Of a stretch of DNA of 64,000 bases, positions 9,583 to 18,095 are shown piece by piece. The position numbers and the translations under genes were made by a program. The stretch's first letter is position 1, and each line of letters begins with the position of its first letter. The stretch is taken from positions 128,001-192,000 of the forward strand of contig OY968764.1 of NCBI GenBank assembly GCA_963695335.1, read 5' to 3'. The notes under the pieces were generated by a model. It was not told where the DNA came from and did not search any database. It worked only from the letters and a program-made list of their open reading frames with translations. Origin of the DNA: an uncultured bacterium (GTDB lineage Bacteria > Babelota > Babeliae > Babelales > Vermiphilaceae).

Positions 9583-10794
9583 TTATCCAATATTTTGAAT
9601 TTGCTGCGCCATCGGTAACGCAATTGCTACTACAATAAACCCAACAACAACTGCCATCACAATAAGCATAATCGGTGAAATTAAACCAGTCATTGTATCA
9701 ATAAGCTCAACATATTCTTTTTCATATGTATCAGCAACGGTCAATAACATTTTATCCAACTGACCACTCTGTTCACCTGTTTTAATCAGATAAATAGCAA
9801 TAGGTGGAAACATTTTTGTTTGCTGCAAATACTCTGCTATTTTACCTTCTTTTACAATATTATCACGTGCAGTACGCAACGCAGATGCTAAAATACGATT
9901 ATCAATAACACTCACCACAATATCAAGCGCTTCAGCAATATTTACACCACCTTCCAACAACAAACCAAGCGTATAACTGAATTGCACTACTGCATTCGTT
10001 TTTGAAAGATGTTTAATTAATGGAAGTTTTAGTTTAAGTTGATCCCATTGTCTACCACCGGCAGGTGTTGCTTTCCAAAATTTAAACAATACTATTATGG
10101 CAATTACTGCACCGATAATAATGAAAAAATAGCTAATCATAAAATCAGATAATGCCACGACAAACTGTGTTATACCGGGTAATTCCTGTTTTTGTGACGC
10201 AAAATTTTTTGCCATATCTGGCACAATTTTCATGATCATGAGTGCAGTTACAGCAATTGCAACAACAAGCTGTATAACTGGTTGCATCATTGCACTTTTT
10301 ACTGTTTTTGTTATCGTTTCACGCCGCTCCAAATAAACAGTTAACCGCTCAAGAATTGTTTCTAACTTACCTGTTGCTTCACCAGCACGAACAAGTTGAA
10401 TATAAATTTTTTCAAATACTTTGGGATATTTAGCGAGTGCATCAGCCAATGATGTGCCTTCTTTAACATCATCTTTAATGCGCACAAGCATTGTTTTAAC
10501 ACCACCTTCAAACTGCTCAATGAGCGTTTCAATTGCTTGTAAAATGGGCACACCTGATTTGAGTAAAATAGCGAGTTGTTTGGTGAGAAGAATTTTGTCT
10601 TTAACGGTGATTTTTTTCTCAAAAAGCCGTTTCAAAAAACCTCCGGCAGCAGTTCCACCGGATAGTTCAATTTTGATAGGAAATAGTCCCTGCTTTGTTA
10701 ATTGTTCTCGTAAGGCTTCTGCTGATGGCGCATCAATCACGCCACTGACCTTCTTTCCTGCTTTTGAAAACGCTTCATATGCATATAACGCCAT
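9583..10794 (-). CDS. gspF: T2SS/T4P inner-membrane platform protein GspF/PilC
   Basis: TKQLAILLKSGVPI, SLADALAKYPKVF, GEATGKL, GEQSGQLDKML, IALPM. Confidence 0.92.
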   Translation of the reverse strand: MALYAYEAFSKAGKKVSGVIDAPSAEALREQLTKQGLFPIKIELSGGTAAGGFLKRLFEKKITVKDKILLTKQLAILLKSGVPILQAIETLIEQFEGGVKTMLVRIKDDVKEGTSLADALAKYPKVFEKIYIQLVRAGEATGKLETILERLTVYLERRETITKTVKSAMMQPVIQLVVAIAVTALMIMKIVPDMAKNFASQKQELPGITQFVVALSDFMISYFFIIIGAVIAIIVLFKFWKATPAGGRQWDQLKLKLPLIKHLSKTNAVVQFSYTLGLLLEGGVNIAEALDIVVSVIDNRILASALRTARDNIVKEGKIAEYLQQTKMFPPIAIYLIKTGEQSGQLDKMLLTVADTYEKEYVELIDTMTGLISPIMLIVMAVVVGFIVVAIALPMAQQIQNIG

Positions 10795-10900
10795 ATAAGA
10801 TTCCTTAAGAACAATTTTATTTATTGATCAGATAACAATTTTTATGATACCATTAAAACCTGATCCAAGGTTATTATTAATTTTTATACGGAGTCAAACC

Positions 10901-11869
10901 ATGATTCATTATTTTATCACACTTTTTATAATAACTGTTCTTTCCAGTCATAATATAAACACACATGCTTTTCAAGAAAAAGATAGTATGCTGCACAGCC
11001 AAGACCATCTTATTGTAGCAATACAAAAAGAATTGAGAACACCAGAATACAAAAAAGAAATCTTACCACACGATTTTTCACACCTTTCTCATCTGATTGC
11101 GTATGGTACCAAAGGCAATCAACCTCCTGCATATTTACGCTCTATCATAAAGCTGTTTTCTAATCTGATCAAAAGTTCTCACTATGTTAATGCATACGCT
11201 TTTTCCAGCTTACTTGAAACTGTTCCTGAACAGTTAGCTCCTTATTTTTCACTTTCTCAATCAGATGAATATATCTCTGATTCAGCATTTTACGATGCAA
11301 CCTTTGTTGACCGCTTCCAGTCAACCGTTAACAACATGCTCTATGCAAAATTCAGCAATGAATACGATTCATTCAGACAAAATCCTGATCTCTTTTTACA
11401 AAAAATAAGCAATAATATTACAATGATTGCTCAAGAAGAACTTATTCAAGAACAGCTACGCCAAGGCGTTATCAGATTTTGTGAAATTGCTTTAAGTAAA
11501 CTGGTGTGGGATCCTGCTACACAAGAAGAAACATGGTATATTACTAAAAAAATTGGTGAACAATTAGCAAGCTTCTTGGAGTACAACATTCTTGATGACG
11601 TTAATGATTTGGATGATTTATATTGGACATTATTAAACCGTTACTGCTACTTCATGGAACTTACAACTACTGATATGTCTGAATCATTCTACCAAACAAT
11701 TAGAAATGATCTACGCGCACATGCAGATGACATTATTCTTTTTGCGCTTAAAGAACAAGACTCTTTTGTTGAACCAAAACTTTCATACATGCAACGTACA
11801 TTGCTTGAAACTGAAACCGATGCGTATCGGCATAAAACAGGGGTTTTAACTCACCAAATATTAGCATAA
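10901..11869 (+). CDS. Hypothetical helical protein with N-terminal signal
   Basis: Long ORF, GGAG RBS before ATG 10901, hydrophobic N-terminus. Confidence 0.7.
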   Translation: MIHYFITLFIITVLSSHNINTHAFQEKDSMLHSQDHLIVAIQKELRTPEYKKEILPHDFSHLSHLIAYGTKGNQPPAYLRSIIKLFSNLIKSSHYVNAYAFSSLLETVPEQLAPYFSLSQSDEYISDSAFYDATFVDRFQSTVNNMLYAKFSNEYDSFRQNPDLFLQKISNNITMIAQEELIQEQLRQGVIRFCEIALSKLVWDPATQEETWYITKKIGEQLASFLEYNILDDVNDLDDLYWTLLNRYCYFMELTTTDMSESFYQTIRNDLRAHADDIILFALKEQDSFVEPKLSYMQRTLLETETDAYRHKTGVLTHQILA

Positions 11870-11948
11870 CCTAACAATACATTATAAAACATATGCAAAT
11901 TCGTGATTAATCATGGATTTGCATATGTTATTTAAATTCAGGAAATAT

Positions 11949-12410
11949 ATGGAATTAGAAGTACGACAATCACCACCGCAATCACCAAGAACAGTACAAG
12001 TTTCTCAAAAACCAGCTCAAGTAAATTTAGGCCCAGAATATGAAGCAATAAAAAATATGGTCGATGAAAAGTATAAACAAATCCAACAACAAAGAAATTC
12101 AGAAAATGCCAAAACACTCAATTCTGCTCTGAGTGAACATCGTGAAACAATCACAACAATATTCAATGAACAAATAACTGAACGTCTCAATCTACTCCTG
12201 ACCGACTTAGCATATGCAAAACAAAGTATAACAGCGCTACAAAAAGACAACTTAGAACTAAAACAAAAAATTGCATCTTTAGACTCAGGTGCAACTTTTC
12301 TAAAATATGCTGCTATAACGAGTTTTTTTGCTCTATTAATTGGAGCAGTTGCAACTTCAGGCAAAATAATGGCTATGATTAATCATGTGATCAATCAAAA
12401 TATCAAATAA
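11949..12410 (+). CDS. Coiled-coil protein with C-terminal TM helix
   Basis: AGGA RBS; heptad-rich helix followed by YAAITSFFALLIGAVA. Confidence 0.65.
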   Translation: MELEVRQSPPQSPRTVQVSQKPAQVNLGPEYEAIKNMVDEKYKQIQQQRNSENAKTLNSALSEHRETITTIFNEQITERLNLLLTDLAYAKQSITALQKDNLELKQKIASLDSGATFLKYAAITSFFALLIGAVATSGKIMAMINHVINQNIK

Positions 12411-12427
12411 AAAAGAGGAGTGTTGTA

Positions 12428-12865
12428 ATGGAGATACAACAACATCAAAATCCACTCATAGAAATGGTGCACAAAGTTGAAAAAGACGTTAAAAAAATAG
12501 AACATCCTTTTGCAGAAATAGAACACAAAACTGGACATCTGGAAGAATCACTCGAGAAAAAAGCTGATGAAAAAGAATTATCCGTCGAAGAAAATGTTGT
12601 AGACCAAATACTCAAAAGTCCAAATACAGAAAAACTACTTGAATATATAGCAAATCACCCAAGAACAAAAAAAATATGTGAAGATATAGCAGAAGAAAAA
12701 GTAGAACAATTAAAAAAAGAACTTACTGAACAAATAAAAAATATAGAAAATAAATATTCACAAGATGCAGATAAAATGATATCTATTGGCAAGAACATAG
12801 CGTATGCTAGTGCTGTTCTAGGGATCATAATCATAGCACACATAGCTATGAAACTATATTCCTAA
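12428..12865 (+). CDS. Coiled-coil protein with C-terminal TM helix
   Basis: GAGGAG RBS; E/K-rich helices followed by IAYASAVLGIIIIAHIAM. Confidence 0.7.
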   Translation: MEIQQHQNPLIEMVHKVEKDVKKIEHPFAEIEHKTGHLEESLEKKADEKELSVEENVVDQILKSPNTEKLLEYIANHPRTKKICEDIAEEKVEQLKKELTEQIKNIENKYSQDADKMISIGKNIAYASAVLGIIIIAHIAMKLYS

Positions 12866-12913
12866 ATTACTGTAGTTACTCAGTCTATCAACACACAAAA
12901 AGATCGTAAAAAT

Positions 12914-13501
12914 ATGGAACAAACACCACCAGTACCACAAATAGTCATCACACAACCTGCTAAAACTAAGCACAATACAGTAAGCCGACAACAGATATTA
13001 GACACAGTAACAAAACACAAACATGAACATAACAATCAAATAAAAGAGATAAAAAAAATTATCTTTCAATCTACTAATCTTCTAAATGAGCAAGAAGAAG
13101 CTATTCTAAAGCAACAAGAAATAACTACAAAACATGAAAAATTAATTGATGGACTCAACTCAGAACAAATAAAACTTGATATGTCAATTTTAATGCTCGC
13201 TGAGACTGGCACAAGCTTACAAGAAAAATTAGAAAATAATGAAAAAATCACTCAATTATTATGCAAAGCTCGCGGCGATATTGAAACTGAATTTATCGCA
13301 CTCAAAAAAATAACCTCAAACCTAGAAACCAAAATAAGCAACAACGAAGAACAAATTTCATCGCTGCACAGAGAACTGATCCTACAAAATACGCTTCATG
13401 AAATCGAAGCGCAAGAACTCAAAACTACGGTTGAAAAACAAAAGCAGGCAATGTTCAACTTAACAGCGCTCATCTTACTATGGTACTATTCCAAAAAATG
13501 A
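12914..13501 (+). CDS. Coiled-coil protein with hydrophobic C-terminus
   Basis: Long heptad pattern ending AMFNLTALILLWYYSKK. Confidence 0.65.
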   Translation: MEQTPPVPQIVITQPAKTKHNTVSRQQILDTVTKHKHEHNNQIKEIKKIIFQSTNLLNEQEEAILKQQEITTKHEKLIDGLNSEQIKLDMSILMLAETGTSLQEKLENNEKITQLLCKARGDIETEFIALKKITSNLETKISNNEEQISSLHRELILQNTLHEIEAQELKTTVEKQKQAMFNLTALILLWYYSKK

Positions 13502-13505
13502 AATA

Positions 13506-14168
13506 TCACAAGTTAGATTCTTTAATCGCATCTAAATAAATATCAATACTATATTCAACTGCAGAAATGATAACTGCATAAAACTGATCAAAATCATCCG
13601 TTTGCCGTGCATGTTCAATTGCATCAATATATGCAGAACGCTGTTCTTTTTGAATAATTGCCAACGGATATCCCTGCTGTAACAGTAATAAATTCATCAA
13701 CAAACGGGCTGTTTTAACATTGTAAATTGTTGCCAATTTATAATGCGCCAGCGCTGCAATAATCACTGGATGATCTGTGACGGAATTTAACCATTGTATA
13801 AAAATAATAAGATCCAAAGATGGATCTATTTTTTCTGAACTGTATTTGTAAAGAGCACAAACGTCTTCAACAGAAATAGCATTTTGGCTACGTACAAGCG
13901 TTGCAATAAATTTCATTGCTCGCGCACAATCAATAAGTTCAATATGTTCTTGTAATGTTTTACCACCAATAGCAATGCCCTTTTCAACAACAATAGCTGT
14001 TTCCATATGGGATAGGCTATTGCCTTCAAGGGCATTTGTTTCATAAATAAAATTTATCGTAAGCCATTCTTGCAAATTTTTTTCTAATTCTGGCGGCAGA
14101 GGACGTACTGCATCTAATTGTTTCTTTTTTTCATCAATACGTTTGAGGGATTCTTGTATATTTTCCAT
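13506..14168 (-). CDS. Fic-family protein with deleted active-site motif
   Basis: YETNALEGNSLS, GGKTLQEH, AHYKLATI-YNVK-TARLLMNLLLLQQGYP; HPFxDGNGR is missing. Confidence 0.8.
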   Translation of the reverse strand: MENIQESLKRIDEKKKQLDAVRPLPPELEKNLQEWLTINFIYETNALEGNSLSHMETAIVVEKGIAIGGKTLQEHIELIDCARAMKFIATLVRSQNAISVEDVCALYKYSSEKIDPSLDLIIFIQWLNSVTDHPVIIAALAHYKLATIYNVKTARLLMNLLLLQQGYPLAIIQKEQRSAYIDAIEHARQTDDFDQFYAVIISAVEYSIDIYLDAIKESNL

Positions 14169-14243
14169 ACATTATCTTTCTGCTCATCTATCCAATAAGA
14201 TAGCAAGCTATTTAAGCTGCCCAACGCCCTTACCGCCACGCTT

Positions 14244-15395
14244 TGTCTAGGTTCAGAAACATATGAGACTAAAAAAAATAAAATCTTAAAGTAATAGATT
14301 AGAATTTAATACAATAGGGCCAGCCATAAAAATATCAAATTTAGGAGGCCCTATTATGATGCAGACGAGTATTCTGCAAAAACGACTATATCACATTAAT
14401 GCAGTAGATGAAACAGACTATTCCAAAATTGTATACGAACGCAGAGATAAGCTTGATAAAATGGTACTTTTGCTCAGTGAAGGATGCTCAGAAAGCGCGG
14501 CCTTAGAAGCTATCAATATCCCTCGTTCAACATATTATCGATGGAAGCGAAACTACAGATTATTTGGACTTGCCGGACTGGAAGATGAAAGCAGACGTCC
14601 CACTCATAGGCGTAAGCCAAATTGGTCAAAAGAAATTGAATTACGAGTATATGATTTACGTAAAAAATATCCTTTATGGGGCAAGCAAAAACTTGCCGTT
14701 ATGTATCAACGAAAATACAACATTAAAATATCGCAAAGCATGATTGGAAGAATACTTTCGAAATTATTGAAGCGTGGAAAAATTACACGAGTAAAAGTAC
14801 TTCTTTATGGAAAAAACGAAACAAAAAAACGTATTTTTGATAACCATGCCCAGCGATGGAAACATGGCATGAAAGCGCGACAAGCTGGTGAATTAGTTCA
14901 GATAGACCATATGACGGTAAATATTCCAGGATTTGGATATCTTAAACACTTTAGTGCGACTTGCCCTACCACAAAATACACTGCTTATCAGGTTTATCAG
15001 GAGGCGACAAGTAAAAATGCTGCCGATTTTCTTGAGCATATCAAACAGGAATTGCCTTTTCCGATCCGGTCAATCCAAGTGGATGGAGGAGCCGAATTTA
15101 TGGCATATTTTGAAAATGCCTGTAAAAAAGCCAAGATTCCCCTTTTTGTGCTACCTCCTCGATGCCCCGAACTTAATGGGAACGTCGAAAGAAATAATGG
15201 TACTGCAAAATATGAGTTTTATGCTCAATACAACGCATTTCCCAACTTTTATACAATTAGGCAAAATCTACAAAAATTTGGTTTATTCTACAATTTTGAG
15301 CGCCCTCACCAAGGAATAGGGCTTTTGACACCCAGTCAATTTTGCGAGAAAATAAATATAAGGCCCTGAAGTCTCATATGTACTGAACCAGGACA
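14244..15395 (+). mobile_element. IS481-family insertion sequence
   Basis: TIRs TGTCTAGGTTCAGAAACATATGAGACT (14244-14270) and AGTCTCATATGTACTGAACCAGGACA (15370-15395); 5-bp DR CGCTT at 14239-14243 and 15396-15400. Confidence 0.88.
14356..15369 (+). CDS. DDE transposase (HTH + rve), IS481 family
   Basis: IPRSTYYRW HTH, LVQIDH, IQVDGGAEF, NGNVERNNGT, YNFERPHQGIG. Confidence 0.9.
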   Translation: MMQTSILQKRLYHINAVDETDYSKIVYERRDKLDKMVLLLSEGCSESAALEAINIPRSTYYRWKRNYRLFGLAGLEDESRRPTHRRKPNWSKEIELRVYDLRKKYPLWGKQKLAVMYQRKYNIKISQSMIGRILSKLLKRGKITRVKVLLYGKNETKKRIFDNHAQRWKHGMKARQAGELVQIDHMTVNIPGFGYLKHFSATCPTTKYTAYQVYQEATSKNAADFLEHIKQELPFPIRSIQVDGGAEFMAYFENACKKAKIPLFVLPPRCPELNGNVERNNGTAKYEFYAQYNAFPNFYTIRQNLQKFGLFYNFERPHQGIGLLTPSQFCEKINIRP

Positions 15396-15400
15396 CGCTT

Positions 15401-15429
15401 TTGACAAACTGAATTGTTTTTCGTAATAT
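15401..15429 (+). promoter_or_regulatory. Sigma70-type promoter of the AAA+ gene
   Basis: TTGACA-17 bp-TAATAT directly after the IS DR. Confidence 0.7.
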
Positions 15430-15499
15430 TATAGTAATAATCATAGTTTTATACATTATATCAATATTTCTATTATTTTTACCAAAAGGGACAATTCTT

Positions 15500-17059
15500 A
15501 TGAAAAAATATCAATTATATCACGTTTTAACGCTCTTAGTGGGCCTACAAGGTCCTATCGCTATCTTAGCTGAAGAAAGCTTCAATCTCCCTAAGCTAAC
15601 TGTTAACGTCCATTTGGATAACTTAGATAACTTAAGTGAAGCTATTGGAGATGGCACTAAAGATATTATCAAAGAAGTTGTTACAAGTGTTGCTGAAGGT
15701 ATTGCACAAGCAGGAACAGATAAATCTTTTGGCAAAAACTTAAAAGAAGGTCTTACTGGCATAACACATCAAACTGCCGATGCCTTTAAAGATGCAATGA
15801 ATGACAAACATATCGGAGATTCTCTTAGAGAAGGTCTTACAACTGGTGCTACACAAGCAACAGATGCTTTCAAAGATGCAATGAACGATCCAAATCTAAA
15901 AAATAGTATTAAAGATGGTGCTGATGCTTGGGCATCTAATGTCGGACAAGCAGCACAAGGAGCACAGCAAGGTCTTGAAAGAGAAGTTTGGCCATCTGTA
16001 ACAAAAATGAGTAATCAAGGTATTGCTTCAATTTTTAATCTACAAAACGCTATGCAAATAGTCGGACCATATGCATTTGGTGCCGTAGTCTCTATATCTG
16101 CAACATATGGAACAAAATTAGCATGGCAACTTCTTGAGAAAAAACTCTTAAATCCAAAACCAACAATTTTATTGCCAGGCGCAAAAGTTGGTCGCTGGGA
16201 TAGAGTAAGCCGTTGGAGATCTGGATACCAATCGCCTGCAATGATTTTTGATGAACAAGTTAAAGATCGTCTTATAGAAATTGAAGAAAAAACAAAAAAT
16301 ATTCGTGATCATATTTATAACGGTAAAAAAGCAACCTATGATAACTTGCTTCTTTACGGTAAACCAGGTACGGGTAAAACATTATTTGCACAAATCTTAG
16401 CAGATAAAACTAACATGGATTTCTTGCCTGTTACTGCAGGTTCATTATTGCAATCTGGTGTTGAAGGTATTAAATACGTCAACGAACTTGTTGATATAGC
16501 TAATAATAGTAGATATGGCGCAATTATTTTTGTTGATGAAGCCGATGCTCTCTTTGTAAATAGAGACAGCCTTGACCCTTCATCTGACCATTACAAAGTA
16601 CTCAACCACATCTTGGCTCTCACTGGTAATGGTAGCAATAAATTTATGTTAATTGCTGCAACAAACCACGCATACGTAATGGATGAAGCAATGGGTCGTC
16701 GTTTTCAAGACCGTGTATTAATGCCATTGCCGAACACAACAACACGTAAAGAACTATTCGATCTTTATAATAATAATGTTCTATTTAATACAAAAAATAA
16801 TGGCACAGAATTTGTTAAAACAGCTAAATCATTACTAACGCCACAACAGATCAATACCTTGGTAGAACAAACAGAAGGTTTATCACACGCTGAAATAAAA
16901 GATGCTGTGCATGCAATGCATAAAAAAGCGCTTGCAACCAAGACAGGCATCATCACTATGACACACATTAACAATGCTATTAAACAAGCTATTGAAAAAC
17001 GTGAAGCACTTGAAGCTGATAAACAAGAGCGTGAACAACATCACAAAGTAATCGCTTAA
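15500..17059 (+). CDS. Exported AAA+ ATPase, ATAD3-like
   Basis: Signal peptide; internal repeat L(K/R)[13 protein letters not shown]; TM segment; [33 protein letters not shown]. Confidence 0.8.
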   Translation: [519 protein letters not shown]

Positions 17060-17070
17060 TATTTTATACA

Positions 17071-17128
17071 TAATAAAAGAAAAAGGTTTGCAGACCAATC
17101 ATGGCTTGCAAACCTTTTTCTTTTATTA
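17071..17128. terminator. Bidirectional terminator
   Basis: 22-bp perfect IR TAATAAAAGAAAAAGGTTTGCA/TGCAAACCTTTTTCTTTTATTA between convergent genes. Confidence 0.8.
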
Positions 17129-17153
17129 AATTTTACTCTTTAAATATCACCTA

Positions 17154-17969
17154 TCACGCTGCTGCATAAAATTTTTGGTACAAAACATATGCGATAATTC
17201 CAACAATTGAAGCGCCAAACAATTTTTTGATTCGAGAATAAAACAAAGCCGTTTTGATTGCTTTGTAATCTTGTCTTATTTCTTCTTTTACTTCTTTTCC
17301 AAAGTACCCATTAATTCCTTGAGCATATTCCTGCAAGTGCTCTTTGTGTGTACCAGCTTCACGTAACTCTCTTTTACATATAATACCAGCGTCGCACAGC
17401 TCTTTTTCAAGATCTTTGGTAGGCACAATTGTTAGTACTACACTACCCTCATTCTCTATATGTCCTGGTTCACAGCATGGCATTTCTTTAAATTGATTTA
17501 AAAAAACTTGAGGATCCATCTTATCAAAGCTCGTATTTAGTTGAATTTTAAACCCATTTTCCATACCTTCGAATTGCTTTGAACAAGATAAGAGTTCATC
17601 ATGACGCTCCTTAAAAGAAACATTTGATTTTCGTGGATCAATATTGTCTTTCATAAAATATCTATAAGGAACCAATGTAATAGGATCAAGAAATTTTTGT
17701 AAACTCTGTTCTTCTTCTGATGCCCATCTACTCTTTTCTCCTCGAGTCCACTGATAATATATCATTAAAAAAGGCTCATTCTGTTGACATTGTATGCCAT
17801 ACTCATTGTTCAAAAAATCGATATATTTTTTATCACAATACCGCAATGGATTATAAGTTAATCGGCCAACATGAGCATCAAAAATAACAATTTCATCATT
17901 TTTTTCACTACCAAAAACTTGTCCAACACAACCACTCAACACAAGCAACTTCAACAACACGTTTTTCAT
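17154..17969 (-). CDS. Hypothetical exported protein with C-terminal TM
   Basis: MKNVLLKLLVLSGCVGQVFG signal; LFGASIVGIIAYVLY tail. Confidence 0.7.
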   Translation of the reverse strand: MKNVLLKLLVLSGCVGQVFGSEKNDEIVIFDAHVGRLTYNPLRYCDKKYIDFLNNEYGIQCQQNEPFLMIYYQWTRGEKSRWASEEEQSLQKFLDPITLVPYRYFMKDNIDPRKSNVSFKERHDELLSCSKQFEGMENGFKIQLNTSFDKMDPQVFLNQFKEMPCCEPGHIENEGSVVLTIVPTKDLEKELCDAGIICKRELREAGTHKEHLQEYAQGINGYFGKEVKEEIRQDYKAIKTALFYSRIKKLFGASIVGIIAYVLYQKFYAAA

Positions 17970-18095
17970 AATTTTTATCCCCATCGAATACACAAATTGT
18001 AATAGATCATAATACAATCATATCCTGACAAACAAATTTGAGCAACTCAGCTATTTTCATTTACAACAACAATCTTTTTCCTGTATTCTTAAACC

